DNA of 62,267 bases, filler included, from Sphacelaria rigidula (Eukaryota): NCBI GenBank assembly GCA_964200075.2. It is 5 parts of 5 records of this genome, joined end to end, with 100 filler letters (N's around TTAATTAATTAA, not from the genome) between each part and the next. Parts side by side here need not be neighbours in the genome. Positions count along the whole stretch, not along the records: positions 1 to 12,375 come from CAXNAA020003840.1; 4 more parts are not named here. One strand, given 5' to 3'. The notes below the pieces were generated by a model. The model ran no database searches and had not been told where the DNA came from. It saw only the letters and a program-made list of their open reading frames with translations. Both the position numbers and the translations under genes were made by a program. Below, piece after piece: positions 1 through 12,475 of this stretch. Every line of letters begins with the position of its first letter. Position 1 is the first letter of the stretch.

Positions 1-73
1 ACTCATTGTAGGCTGTCATCCAAATGCAATATAATCAGTAGGCTTCGGGCCGAACAATCTTAGCAGGAAAATT

Positions 74-369
74 GCCAACACACGTCTTGGACACTTTGCA
101 TCACCCAACAGAGAGCATCCTAGCCTATTTTTCAGATTCGCTTGGCTCCAAGGTTCCGAGAGCGGCCGCTGACAAAAAATCTGTGTGCAACAAAATCTAC
201 GTCGATCTCCACAGATTATTGGGCACACTAGCGGGGGTCGGCAAGCACAGATTTTTGCACACGAATTTTCGTTCAGCGACCAACTCGAAACCTCAGAGCC
301 AAGCGAATCTGAAAAGCAGACTAGGCTCCTCTTTGTGGGGTGATGCAAAGTGTCCGACACTGTGTTGGC
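74..369. mobile_element. Foldback (palindromic) MITE-like element
   Basis: GCCAACACACGTCTTGGACACTTTGCATCACCC at 74 is the imperfect reverse complement of GGGTGATGCAAAGTGTCCGACACTGTGTTGGC ending at 369; arm complementarity continues inward for about 130 bp. Confidence 0.7.
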
Positions 370-872
370 GGTTTTCCTTGTTTGAAGGTCAAAAGGTAAG
401 CCAAACGTCCAAAAGTGAACAACCCGTGGGCCAAAACTCTGTGGGCCATAATATCCGGCCTTAAAACATACATTTATGTACGTATTCACAATATGCTGCT
501 TGCTGCTGCGTTCGACACTGCGCACACTGCATGCCAACCGCAGCGTGACGCCTTCGGCGGTACTACCTGCTCACTGCACAGCGATAGGGTGCAGGGTGAC
601 AAAGCACACCGCAGGAAGTCACATCCTTCGCCTACGAGTAGTATCCCTGTCCTGCGTTGATTTCGCGCTGTCCTCTGCAGTTCGCCACATCATGAACGCA
701 GCCGCCTGTACCTGCGGCCAACTTGTACACGGGGCATCACCCCTCGCTACGTGCTATATCGCTACGCTTGATTCTTTATAGCTGTCTGTGTTGCAGCCAC
801 AGCGTGCATTTGTACCAGGTGGCGCACGCAGGAGTGAAAGGCCGCCTCCGCCATTAATAGCTGCCTACCTCA

Positions 873-988
873 AAAAATCCCTGTGTTGGCCTTTCTCCTG
901 TGTGACCCCGGCTGGTGCACCGACATAAACCGAAAGGTAGAGACCGGCGCCCGGAATAGATGGGACGACAACACACACACGACACACT
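873..988 (+). mobile_element. 3' fragment of tRNA-derived SINE family B with (CA)n tail
   Basis: Reverse complement of the tail end of the full copy at 48091-48443 (CTCCTGTGTGACCCyGGCTGGTGC...AATArATGGGACrACAACACACAC). Confidence 0.7.
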
Positions 989-1145
989 GTCCATAGTACA
1001 CTTTCAACATCTTGTTCATACTAACTGTAGAAATCTTTGACGAGGGTCTAGTACATTTCCACATGTATGTAATAAATTGCTCTGCTTTGCATCGCGCTTC
1101 CGATTTTCTCTTCCTTTCTTATGATGGAAAAGGAGCATAATCGGC

Positions 1146-1560
1146 CCATAGCCATCGTTCACGCCATCGCACGGTGCGAACGGCCTCGTGGTGGTCGAGG
1201 AATGCGCCTGCTGCACGGTACCAAAAATACCGCCAGCCGACTGGAGGTGGACATAAGCTATGTCCAAGTCGCGACTTATTGGACATGGCTTATTATGTCC
1301 ACCTCCAGGGATTGGAATCCATGTCCGTGCTCGTCTCATGTGCTTTGCATCGACACCACAGCAGCTGCAATACACTCACACATTCCGTAGCCACCGTTCA
1401 AGCCATCGTGGGGTGCAAACGGCCTGGTAGCGCAGGAGAAACGCGCCTGCAACACACAGGGCCAAAAAATACATCTATCTGCACCAGACTGGACTTGGAC
1501 ATGGATTTGTCAAAACGCGACTTAGGCAACTTGGACATGAGCTATGTTGGCTGAAGGCAT
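1146..1560. repeat. Diverged tandem duplication, unit about 240 bp
   Basis: CCATAGCCATCGTTCACGCCATCG at about 1146 recurs as CCGTAGCCACCGTTCAAGCCATCG at about 1385, with colinear downstream similarity. Confidence 0.6.
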
Positions 1561-1829
1561 GGAAGCACGTAATCATGTGCTTGCGATTGATAGCGGTCGC
1601 GATGCAGATAAGGACGTCAACAGGTGATAGCCGCTAGTACGATCTACCAGCATAATTCCCCGATGCACTGAGGGTTTAGCCAGCGTGATCAGCATGTATC
1701 AATTGTACAGACAGTGCTCAATAAACTAGAAATGTGCTGCTTTTAGCACGTCTCAGGTGCCTTGCATCGATACCCAACAAGGAGAAGAAGCAATAGCACC
1801 AGTATCAGCAGCATATTTCCTGCCAGTAG

Positions 1830-2110
1830 ATCTACGCGGCTGGGGGTGGGTCTTAATCAGCCGGTGCCGATACTGCTGCTGCTGCTGCTGCCGTTTTTCC
1901 TCATGGGAGAGACGGTCCGCCGTTTCGATCGTGCTACAACGCCCCCGCACCGTGCGGGTAATAGCCACCGTGCTGGAAGGCGCTGGTCCGTACTACCCGC
2001 TGATAAGTCTATGCTTCCCCACTAGGCTACGTGCTGGGAGACATAGCTGTGGGCATTTCTCCGTGCGAGCTGTGCACGTCGGGTGTGTCTCCCACGCGTG
2101 GCTACTGCTG
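1830..2110. repeat. Dispersed repeat with (CTG)n core; uninterrupted copy of the host repeat split by the 2389-3474 element
   Basis: Colinear with 2348-2385 plus 3480-3700; a further inverted partial copy lies at about 2230-2330. Confidence 0.7.
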
Positions 2111-3059
2111 ATGATGGAAATAGAGTCAGCGTCCCGTACAGGGGAAACATTTGATACGTATGTACTCGTACTGAAAATGCGATGTGGGTAACAACACGCA
2201 AACAGATCACAGTGGATTTCAACTAGGGAGGAGGCAATAACGCGCGAAGTGCATGGGTATTGTTGTATTGTCCCACGTCGGAACGTGGACCGTCTCACGC
2301 ACGAGAAGCAGCAGCAGCAGCAGCAGCATGTTTGTTGCCCGTAAATGTACGCGGCTGAAGGTGGGTCTGAATCAGCCGGTGCCAATTACGCTATGACTCC
2401 ATCTGCTCTTTTTTTTGCTCTTTTTCTGCGCTTTTTTTGCTTTTCTGCGTTTTCTAAAAAAATTTCTGCGCCTCTTTTTGTTGTTCTGCTCCTATTTTGT
2501 TCTTGGCCCCTCACCTTAGTCTTAGACTCTTTGTTCTTTCAGTCCGTTACGTTGAAACATACGACCCTACCGCACATCTCTTTGACGTACATCACATTTC
2601 GCATATATTTCTCGGCGATTTACATGATGTGTTGTGTTTCTTGTCTCGTACCATTTGCCTCTCTCATGAACGTGGAACATTTGTTATTATTATTATGAAT
2701 ATCAAATGTGACGCAACGCAAATCCAAGCCAGAGGGTCACATTTGTGCATGTATGTGTTCATCGCTACCACTTCATTCCCTACTAAACGCCTCTTCTAAT
2801 TTCCTCTAAACTTCGTGCTGTACGCGAAGCCCGACGCCTGTCCCTCTCGGTCCGACTGCGGTATTCATGTATTGTTTACCACGATCGCAAATACACCATG
2901 TGAACCAAACATACCCAAGCATAAGCAGAAGACACACCCGTACGCCTGGAAAAAATAAATTGCCGGCCCGACGTCCCCCATTGCCCCAAGCAAAAATCCC
3001 AACCTCTGTGACCTATGTGTTGCATCGACCGTTTCTCAATTTCCCTCACACTAGCCTAT

Positions 3060-3182
3060 ATTGGTCACATTCGTACCGTCGCACGTTCAGCTTTAAATTT
3101 GTACGTCGAAAGTTAAGCTATGATAAGAGGCTAGTAATACGGTGGGGGACCACGAGCGGAGCCCTGATTTGACTTGACTTTT
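3060..3182 (+). pseudogene. 5S rRNA-derived sequence (degenerate; 3' half/internal control region best conserved)
   Basis: AAGTTAAGC-N9-AGGCTAGTAATACGGTGGGGGACCACGAGCGGAGCCCTG resembles the 5S box A to box C region as I recall it for brown algae (AAGTTAAGC...AGGCTAGTACTACGGTGGGGGACCACGTGGGAAGCCCTG); followed by TTTT at 3179-3182. The 5' half is only weakly similar. Confidence 0.65.
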
Positions 3183-3241
3183 GAACAGAGCTCCCCACGT
3201 GGTACCCGTCCCCCACGGTAGTACTAGCCTAGCTTAGCTTT
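3183..3241 (-). pseudogene. Second, convergent 5S rRNA-derived fragment
   Basis: Minus strand reads AAGCTAAGCTAGGCTAGTACTACCGTGGGGGACGGGTACCACGTGGGGAGCTCTGTTC: 5S-like box A and box C with a shortened spacer, and a 5S-like CTGTTC 3' end. Confidence 0.6.
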
Positions 3242-5464
3242 TGACATGAAACGTGAACATTGAATGTGTAACGTGGTTTTTTGCCCGCGAAAATCGCAAG
3301 TTCGCGCTGTCCTGTTGGAAATCTGCGCCAGGCAATCCCAATTATGCTCCATCCTCTGTTATTTTTTTTGAAAATCTGACATATTTCGGTTTTCGTGATC
3401 TTTTCTTCGTGGCCGTTTTTCTGCGCGAAAAACGAAAGTCTGCGTTTTCTGCGGCCGCAGATGGACTCATAGCCTAGTGTCACTGATGCTGCTCTTCATC
3501 GTAGACGGTCCGCGTTTTGACCTAACACGCACGCACCTTACTAGTGACAGTCACCGTGCCGGACAGCGCTGGTACATACTACCCGCTGATGGGTCCATGC
3601 TCACTTACTCGGCGAAGTACTGGGGGATATAGCTGTGCGCATCTCTCTGTAGACGCCGTGAACGTGGAGTGTGTCCCCCACGCGTGGCTACTGCTGGTGG
3701 TGGCATTATTCGGATTCTGTATTACACACTGTTAATAGGGATCCAAGTGCGAGGGAGAGGTCACGTTTTGGGCAAGGTTCTTCAAAGGTTGAAAAATCGT
3801 AAAACTTTTCCGTCACAGAAATCCAATTCCAGACTTGAAATGGCCGGAGACAACCAATTAAAAAAAGTGGAATGTTTCCCTGTGAAATTGTGAAAAAATC
3901 CGCAACATGTAGGCGAACTGCAGGTGAAACAATTGCCAACATCTTCACCTAGCAAAAGACGTGACAAAAAGGGGTGGGTTGATTCTCACCCGGGACAGAA
4001 ATCGAACTCACGGAAGTGGAATTGAGATTCCTTCTTCATAGCATAATGCCGGGATGAATAATCCGAGACGTATCACATTCTAGAGACGGATTATCCTCCC
4101 GTTGACTTTTCTTCGGTTCACGGACCAGGCTTTTTCTTGTCATGGAGTATGACATTGCTCTCGAGATGAACAGTATATGACCATACCATTATTAGCCCAG
4201 GGGGTGAGAATGAGAGTGACGGAAAACTCTTCGGGAAGGATTTTCATGGATGAATATGACTGAACAATTGCAGTGATGAGAAAATAAGCCGTGACACAGC
4301 AAAACGTCGTGCATTATCCAAGAGGTACACTCACCGTACTGTACCATGTACCTTCCAAACCAACTGCATGTCCATCTGGCAACCATCAGACTCGAAGACC
4401 AACATGCGAAGAGGCCACGCCACTGTTCGGTAGCTGACCTACAGTACAGCACCTCACGGTCTGACTAATATGTACACAGGACCGGGCTGCGATGAAGGGG
4501 AAAGCAAAGAAAAATTGTTCCTCCAACACTCAACTTGCCCTAATGAGCTGTCGTAGCGCGATCAGCAGAAAAAACACGAGATGTCCGAATGCGAAGAATC
4601 AACTAGATACCTCATCAACCGTTCCAGTGTCTTACAGATATCCACACTACAAAACTCGATCCCATTATCCTTCAAACGCGTCGAAAAACCGTCATAGGCT
4701 GTCCTCCCACACGCACCGCGAATTCTTGCACACAATTAAGTACTCCAGATAACCCGTTTCGTGGTCATCTCTCTTGTCTTCACCGATGGTGCGCCCACAT
4801 TTTCTGCCGGCCTTCCCGCGGTCTCGACCCTCGAAATGACAAATCGAGGTCAGAAACCACAGTGGAAATAAAAGGAAGAGATGGAGCACGTATCAAGTTA
4901 TGTTTTCTGCGCCACACAAAAAGACTCACGACGAACCCGGAAATATATTGTATCACCACCAACAAATACCAAACCGACCACCTGGAAAAAAAACACACGA
5001 AAAACTGCGGAAAAGGCGTAGCGCGACTGACACGAAAACAACGCACAAAAAGTTTACGCGCCTCAATAGTCAATAGTGTTTCAGGAACACCTCGAGACAC
5101 GGCGCGTTCGGTCGCGGTCGACTACAGGCTGTCGTCGCACTTCGTGACCCAGTTTTGCCAATCTACGGTCATAATCCATTCACCATCTAATGATCATAAT
5201 CCATAGCCGGTCCACGCTGAGGTTTGCGCGACCGAACCCCATCTTCAGCTGGCGAGTCGGTGAACACGACACTGATACATCCAACATCTTACAGTCCTAC
5301 CCCTACCCCCCATTTCACCCTCCCGTCACTGTCATTCCCTGCCCTCTGGGGCACTTCCAAAACACAACGCAAAACTCCTCCTGAGAAAAGAGAGGACAAT
5401 CCGCCCGGCCTGGATTCCCGCTCCCTCCTCCCACGCGATCCATAAAACCAGGAAAAAATGCAGT

Positions 5465-5629
5465 CTACAGGCGGTCAACTTTGCTGAACTGCCCACCACC
5501 AACCACTGTCCGCTTGAGGTCGTTACGGTCTGCAGTCTTGAAGTCGAAGTCACAGCTGTGTTGCTCTGGGTAGCGATGAAGTGAACAGAAGACGTAGTTA
5601 CAGCGACAGGCAATACCAGTGTACCCCAC
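5465..5629 (-). CDS. AN1-type zinc finger protein (A20/AN1 stress-associated protein family), terminal exon
   Basis: Acceptor TGTGAACAG|GTG; encodes VGYTGIACRCNYVFCSLHRYPEQHSCDFDFKTADRNDLKRTVVGGGQFSKVDRL*, the canonical AN1 motif CRC..FC..HRY...H.C.FD(F/Y)K and typical C-terminus. Upstream exons were not found in this contig. Confidence 0.92.
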   Translation of the reverse strand: MGYTGIACRCNYVFCSLHRYPEQHSCDFDFKTADRNDLKRTVVGGGQFSKVDRL

Positions 5630-7878
5630 CTGTTCACAACACGATAAAAAAACGGGTTGTGGCGATGAGAGAAGAGAAAATATTGAGAGGTCAGTACACA
5701 TACCGTTCGAGGGTGAAATGTTGCGGCCAATTAGCCGGTCTTTTGCTCTTTACCGAATGACACACGCTTGGAACTACAGCAGAGATACGCCGAGATTCAA
5801 CTGGATCTCGTTTCGAGCTTGAGAGCGATAGGAAGTGTAGAGCATGTCACCCAACGATTAAACCATTCGACGATCAACCGGACAGGAAAGTAAGGGACGT
5901 TCGACATTGACAACAGCACTACACGGTAAATTACTAAAAAAAAACGCAACAAGAATTGGGGCAGTACGGAAGTCCTCACATAGGACAGTACCACGATCAA
6001 GCGGTAAACGCTAGGACGGGCATCGATTTCACCTGAAAAAAGGATGCATGATCCAGATCGACTACCCTCGTGGTGGTGACCGCGAGGGTAGGCAATCTGT
6101 TCAATGGGCACACTTTTCACTATTTTTCAGATGCCGATGCAACAGATCGTCTACCCTCGCCCGTCAAAGGGTTGATGAGCAACACCTTTTGTTGAGACTC
6201 GAGTTTTTTCATGTGCAATTCGACATGACAAAGGTGAGCAGAAAAAACTGCCGAGCACCCAGAACGGTCAGCCCCCGTAAGATGCGAGCGGTGTTCTATT
6301 CTGGAAGCAAGTGTTCATGATATGAATTTTGGGCATCAACTCTGTGACCTGGAAAAAGTGCATGTGCTGACAATATGCCTCAACACGGATATTGCTCTGC
6401 ACTAGAGAGAATCATGACTGCACTACTGGACGTTACAGCCGTGGTAGCCGGGTCTCGTTCCGGGAAAATACCCCGACGGACAGTCCCGTGAGATAAGTCC
6501 AAGCGGGGACTGGACCTATTTGTTCATTTGTTGAGGTGCGGACAGTACAATGTAGACGACAGTTTGCATTCAGTAATACAGCGGTCTACGGACACCAGAC
6601 ACTAGTTATGGTGACCCCACAAGCGCTGGCCAGGGCTTTTCATCCTTCGCCTGTGTGGAGCTAGGGCGAGGTGTTCTGCGACGAATTGTCAACGGTGAGC
6701 CACTGGGGTCCCCCTGGTGCAGTTTGATTAGACAATTTGTTCTGTACAGGACTTTGTTCACACTGCCAAATGTCAAGCTTTTACCAGAAATTGATGTGGT
6801 GGACGAGCTTAACTCTTTCGGGACCGGGCCTCCAGAACGATCAAGTAGGCTGGTCAGGAATGACGTTTGGCGTCTGCACAAACAGTGGCGTGTTGCTGAA
6901 AATCCGCGAATGTAACCGCACGGTTACGAAGACCGAAACTTTCATCTAGTCTGTTTTCAGGTGCAGGGTGCGCATTAGGTGGTGTGCATCTGATAGAGCA
7001 AGGACTATCAGTCGTGGTGAAGAGCTAGGTTCCAACAGGATGCGGCGACCGGCGGGCCGCCCGCCACTTGTGGCTTTGGATTATTCTTTTCTCCACGTCA
7101 CCTTGCCACACAGCCCATTGTGGTCGGGATGGGCCGCCATATCCTCCTTTTTTGCATGCGGCAGCTTCTTTTCGAAGGGAATCAGCGTTGCGGCGCTCAT
7201 GCATACAACAGTATAGTACGTAGTATAGTGTAGTACCCCTCTCCGACTGAAGCAGCAGCTGCCGCTGCATACACCCTTGCACGTTTTGGGCAGTTTTCGG
7301 CTACCGTGATCAACTGCCTAAATACCGCTTCTTGATCCCCATCCATTCCGTACTTGTTCACTGCACCCTGCAAGTCATCGCCAGAGGGATAAGCAGAACT
7401 CATGGCAGTAGATCCTTTTGTCTTTCCACAGCCCACCTGGTTTTAGGGCATGGTGAAAATGATCACATGGTGGCATGTACACTTCTCCCCGGCTTTTCCG
7501 GTTGACATTGTGTTAGTGTAACTTACTACGTTTTAGTAGGGAATTGAGACCCAAAAAAACACCGGAACACTCGGGAACGGTACTCTGAGTGCAAGTCGTA
7601 TCATATAACCAAGTTCCGACCGCCCTGCGCTTGGAAACCTGCGAAGGCTCATCTGTGCCAGGGATAGGGTACCCACACGATCATTACAGTGGCATCATAC
7701 TCGCCGACAATCCCAGCACTGGTCGTTCGGATCTGGTCGATAAATTTCGCCTCGCCGTGATTGGGCAAGGCACTCCCTGACTTATTTCTTATTATTCCAC
7801 AAACACGGGGTCAACCCTGTGTTAGTGGGGGGTCGGTCCCAAAAGGGTAAATGAAAAAAAGACATTTTCTTACCATTA

Positions 7879-7979
7879 CCCCTTAGACCGCGAGGTTAGT
7901 CTTCTGTTGAATCGGCATCAATATCAAGTAAAAAAAAGTATGCATGATCCAGAAAGAATAGCCTCGCGGTCTAAGGGTT
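7879..7979. mobile_element. About 100-bp MITE, piggyBac-like (TTAA/CCC termini in other copies)
   Basis: TIR CCCTTAGACCGCGAGG...CCTCGCGGTCTAAGGG; related copies at about 6045-6173, 8990-9070, 10741-10842, 28400-28510 and 41765-41865. Confidence 0.65.
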
Positions 7980-10740
7980 GAGAGCAGCCACATCTATCGA
8001 ACTGGTGAGTTCCACGAGGACCGAAGCTTTCTTCAACACGACCCGTGGCGATGACTTGTGTGGGTCCTGATTTATATTATCATTGAAATCCAACAACTTC
8101 GAACCCCTTCATAACCTAAACCTCACAGTTGGTAGTATACCTCGATCCCATACACAGTCTGCGATTTTCTTCCCCTGTATTGGACTTCCTGGCTGCTGGC
8201 GCTCACGTGGGTTTGATCTTTGATAAATTCGCGTAGAAATTCGTCAGAAATTCATATTCCAAGATCAGAACAACTTCAATCTTATAAGAGGTATCTCAAA
8301 CTCGGCTCCCTGTATCCTGGTTTATTCGCTGGCTTTGAGTTGTGTATCATGTCTTCCAGTGGAAGTGATCGCGATTCATGGGAGGACCTGACTTGGCGGT
8401 GAAAGGGTCTCATCATCTGATGAATTATTATCACTTCACTAAAAAAATTACAAAACAAACCAGGACCCCGGGAGCCGAGTTTGACATACCTCTATTGGGA
8501 CCGGACTCCCAGAACCATGGTTTTTGCATGGAGGGACTTGTTTGTGAATGACACCATTTTTAATCAAGAACGACTGACGATGATACCAAGTGACGTGAAG
8601 CCCCCTGCGTGCAGACGGATGAAGGTATCTGATTGGCCAAACAAAACTTACACATCACTACTGCGACGGCGGAGAACAAGGAGCATTTTGGCTCATCACA
8701 CTGTTCGCTTGCTCCTGGAGGTCACCATGATGCCTAGTATGATTTCACCAGGTCACTTCACTTCCTGTTGCTCGTGGGGATTTTTTTCGTCCATTTTTTG
8801 CATTTACACTAGACAACCCTGTATTGGGCCGAAAAAACAACCAATAGCAGATCAAGCGTCCGAAATCAGCACTTGAGTGATCGCCGAGGTACAGAACCCC
8901 AGCGGGATGATCAACTCACATGCTCCTCTTGGACGCTTCATTTTCTCCGATTTCTTCTCCCCTAGATCAAATAACTCTCCGACCACGAGCGTAATCCATC
9001 TGGATCATGCGAAGTTTCTTTCAAGTCAAGTTCATGCCGATATAAAAAATAATCTACCCTCGCTGTCCAATGATCAGCATTACCGTAGTCTTCAATCGAT
9101 GGCGCATATGCCCAGGATCTTGTTTCTTATGCGCGCATGTAGTTCGGCATAAAACGAGGTTTTGCGAATATCCTCTTGCGCTTTTTGGGCATGAATTTTG
9201 TGGACATTTCAGCAGAACAAAAGTAGATAATGCACCCCCTGCCCAGCAGCTAGTAGCTGCCCAGAGGTGCTCGATGTGGTTTGGCACGTCGTGTCGCGGC
9301 GTTTGTGTTGACGATTTCTTCGTTTGTGCATTGTTGCCGATTTCACGTCGTCTTTTGTGCCATATGCAAACGACTTCATGTTGATGTGAGGTTATTGCAA
9401 AAATGTGTCACATTCCACGTCAGGCGGCTGCTCTCGCCACGGCATTACACACCAAATAGTCCAGTCGACAACTGTACTCTGTACAGCGCATGTAGAATAT
9501 TGCACGGTGAAACAGTGGGCTGTGACAGCAGAAAAAATCCACGTGACAGAGGTGCAAACTTCCGCGCCTCAGCAGAGCGACGCGATGGAGAGCGTCGAGG
9601 AGCAGAGGGCGAGAGAACAAGTCCAGATCATGTTCGCTCGCCGTTTCCATCCGGCTGAGAAGGCCAAGCGGAAGGAGAGCGAGATAAAGAGGCCCAGGAC
9701 AACCTCTTGTACCCCCGCCTCTTTATTGTGAGTGTCGGTACCGCTGGAGCGCAACTTGTCAATGTTGGTATCGACCGCCGGCGCTCATTAGTTGTCCTGG
9801 GCCTCTTTGATATCTCGCTCGCCTCCCGCTTGGTCATTGAGAGATGCAAGAAGCTCGGCGAATTAGGGATCTGTACTCTATACTTTAGAATTGGGAAATA
9901 CGAAACTGGTCCTAGACCCATTAGCCCCTGGACGAGGGAATTACCCATGCCTTTCTATTCCCCTCCAACCAAATGATAATCTGTCTAAGCAACACTCCAG
10001 CAAAAAAAGTTGTCTTGCTACGCTATAACTGCGCATCCCTTCGCGAAAAAAACAGTTGCTTTAGAGAATTGCACCATTTTTCACGAGTCCGGGAAAAATA
10101 ATAAATTCGCCTACAAGGAATTCATCAGTGCACGTGTGTGGAGTGAAAGAAATTGGCTCAAAAAGATATGCTTGGCTCGGCGATAACATTGAGAAACAAG
10201 CTTCGCCCGACATAAGGATTTCTTCAGTGATGTCGCCACTTGTGCAGTCATCATCGGCTTTTATGGAACATGGGTTAGCATAGTGGCGTGTCGTTCAGTG
10301 TGTACGTGCATGAAAGATGCCTGAAAGACGACACCTAGTAAATATATGCAAGAGCTCAAGTGTGAGCTGCAAGAGCTGAGTCGCGGAGAGTGACAACGCT
10401 CTAGAATCCAAGAGAGTAGTTAAGGATTTCAAAACCAATGAAGGAAGAGAAGGAAGCGAGCTTTTTTTCGAAGCAAACGTTGTTCTCATGTTGAAAGGTA
10501 CGTTTCATGGGGGGTGCCTCCAGGAACCGCCAAAGCAAGGAAGCGAAAGAGGAGTGTATATTTCACAGTCCAAATAAATCATTGCCGTTTCGCATCACAA
10601 AATATATACGATTTTTCAGGCTTGATCGCTCGTGAGAGAAAAAGCTGACCGCTGGTGAAAAAGTATTTCACGCAATTTCCGCGCTATTCCACGTGCCTGG
10701 GCTGCGCGCACCTGGGTTGCAACGCTGAAGACCAAGCTCA

Positions 10741-10842
10741 ACTCCTTGACCGCGAGGGTTAGTCACCTGTTGGATCGGCATCAATTACACTTGAAAAAGT
10801 ATGGGCGATCCAGATGGACCACCCGTCTCGCGGTCTTGGGGT
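10741..10842. mobile_element. Copy of the about 100-bp piggyBac-like MITE
   Basis: ACTCCTTGACCGCGAGGG...TCTCGCGGTCTTGGGGT with the same internal CTGTTGrATCGGCATCAA core as 7879-7979. Confidence 0.6.
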
Positions 10843-12375
10843 CGAGGATCGATTTGTACGGTACGAATCAATCGGCCAAACTCAAGTAATTTCCAGACGG
10901 ATTGTAAATTTGTCCGACTCTTGATATATTTCACCAAAACAAGCATAAGACGGCGCGCAATGTACACATCTCGAGCATCGAAAAAAATAATGAAAAGCAT
11001 ATTGGAAAAAACCGCGCATGACAAGTAAAGGCCCACTTATACCCCAACCTTGCGGCATCAAGACTGAAGACCCCATTCGAGACCTGCGATCATCACTCAT
11101 CATTCGCAAAAAATAAGACATGTTTTTGAAAACTCCTCCGAGCTCAGCCAACGACGCCTTCCCATGTCCAACTAGCACATACGTACTGGTTATGAAGTGC
11201 CACACACCGGGTACAGTACATTGGCAACAAGTGCTATAAGTACAGTATCCAAAACGTAGACTGGATGTGCACGCAGTTTAAGGTGATGGCACAATGTTCG
11301 TTCAAAACAAGGTGGAGAATGTACACGGACACTACATGGTGGATGCATGGAGTGGACAAAATGTACCACTTTTACGGCCGTTGCAGACCATGTCGGCCGA
11401 CTAAAGTTGCAATTAGTATGTACTTTACGCGGTACATTTCCCTGTCTGCTGCAACTTTTCATCAGGTCTTGTTCAACGTGTAAAAATGCAAGCAGGGTAC
11501 CGAAGTCGTACCATGTAGCTCGAGCTAGGGTATAGCCGAGACGATTCGACCCGCCATGCAAAAAAAACGAAATACGCTCGACACGTGCTAAGCCTATCCA
11601 CTACGAAGGATTCGACAATGTTTGCCAATAAGGCAGCTATTACTTACACAGGTGTTTTTCATAGAAAGAATAGGTCACGTATTCCCCAATAAAGCCTGGT
11701 CAACGACGAACGATGACTCGGCCTACCGGCTCTTTACCTTCGGTCGTTTTACACTGATTTGTGTACATTTCGTCCGGGGCGCCAAAAATTCCGGAAGCTC
11801 GGTCTCCGCAGGAGACCCCCAGGAGAGCCCCCGGAGGGCCCTTCCCGGAGGAGCCCAGCGGAGCAGAAATATTCGGCCTTTCTTTTTGAAATACCGTCCC
11901 ATCAGTCAAAAAATGGTCTCTAGTATGTGGTAAAACCTATTCCAGGTGGCGTGACGTCTTCAACGCACAAAAATAGTACATTTAGAGAGTATGAACGAAG
12001 TACGGGGTGGTGTGCGAAAATGGACTAGTTGTCCGGATGCTGCACGATAAAAGATCCTCCCAAAAATTAGGCGACAAGGAGGCCGCGGAACTTTTTACGG
12101 CCTCCGGCGCCGATTTTATTCTGCGGCAAGCCGCAGATAAGCCCGTCGGGACTCTTGCGTTGCGCGCATATTTCCCCAAATATCTGCGCTGCCGCAGCGC
12201 CGCAGGCACTTTTTGACGCCCTGATGTACACATCGATTTGAAGAGGCGTGTTTCAGTGCCTTGTGTTAGTTGAGTATATAAAAGACGCCAGGCACACATG
12301 GCACAGGAAGGAAGAGGAGGCCAGCCGACTGCGTGCGATTAGACGGGAGACCAACGAAACCCAAATAGCACGGCA

Positions 12376-12475
12376 NNNNNNNNNNNNNNNNNNNNNNNNN
12401 NNNNNNNNNNNNNNNNNNNTTAATTAATTAANNNNNNNNNNNNNNNNNNNNNNNNNNNNNNNNNNNNNNNNNNNN
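12376..12475. other. Artificial contig spacer (N44-TTAATTAATTAA-N44)
   Basis: Identical 100-nt spacers also at 24850-24949, 37323-37422 and 49796-49895; the linker has stops in all six frames. Confidence 0.97.

Larger units (their letters stand above)
2389..3474. mobile_element. Non-autonomous TIR DNA transposon (1086 bp) carrying 5S rRNA-derived sequences
   Basis: 18-bp TIRs CGCTATGACTCCATCTGC (2389-2406) and GCAGATGGACTCATAGCC (3457-3474), both flanked by TA; the flanks rejoin into a copy of the 1830-2110 repeat. Confidence 0.75.

Noticed and set aside
3060-3241. Functional 5S rRNA genes
   Set aside because: 5' halves are degenerate or missing, helix pairing is not preserved, and both lie inside a transposon.
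7197-7436. Possible upstream exon of the AN1 gene (CAG|GTG GGC TGT...)
   Set aside because: Lacks the A20 or first AN1 cysteine pair expected upstream and has no clear in-phase donor; identity unresolved.
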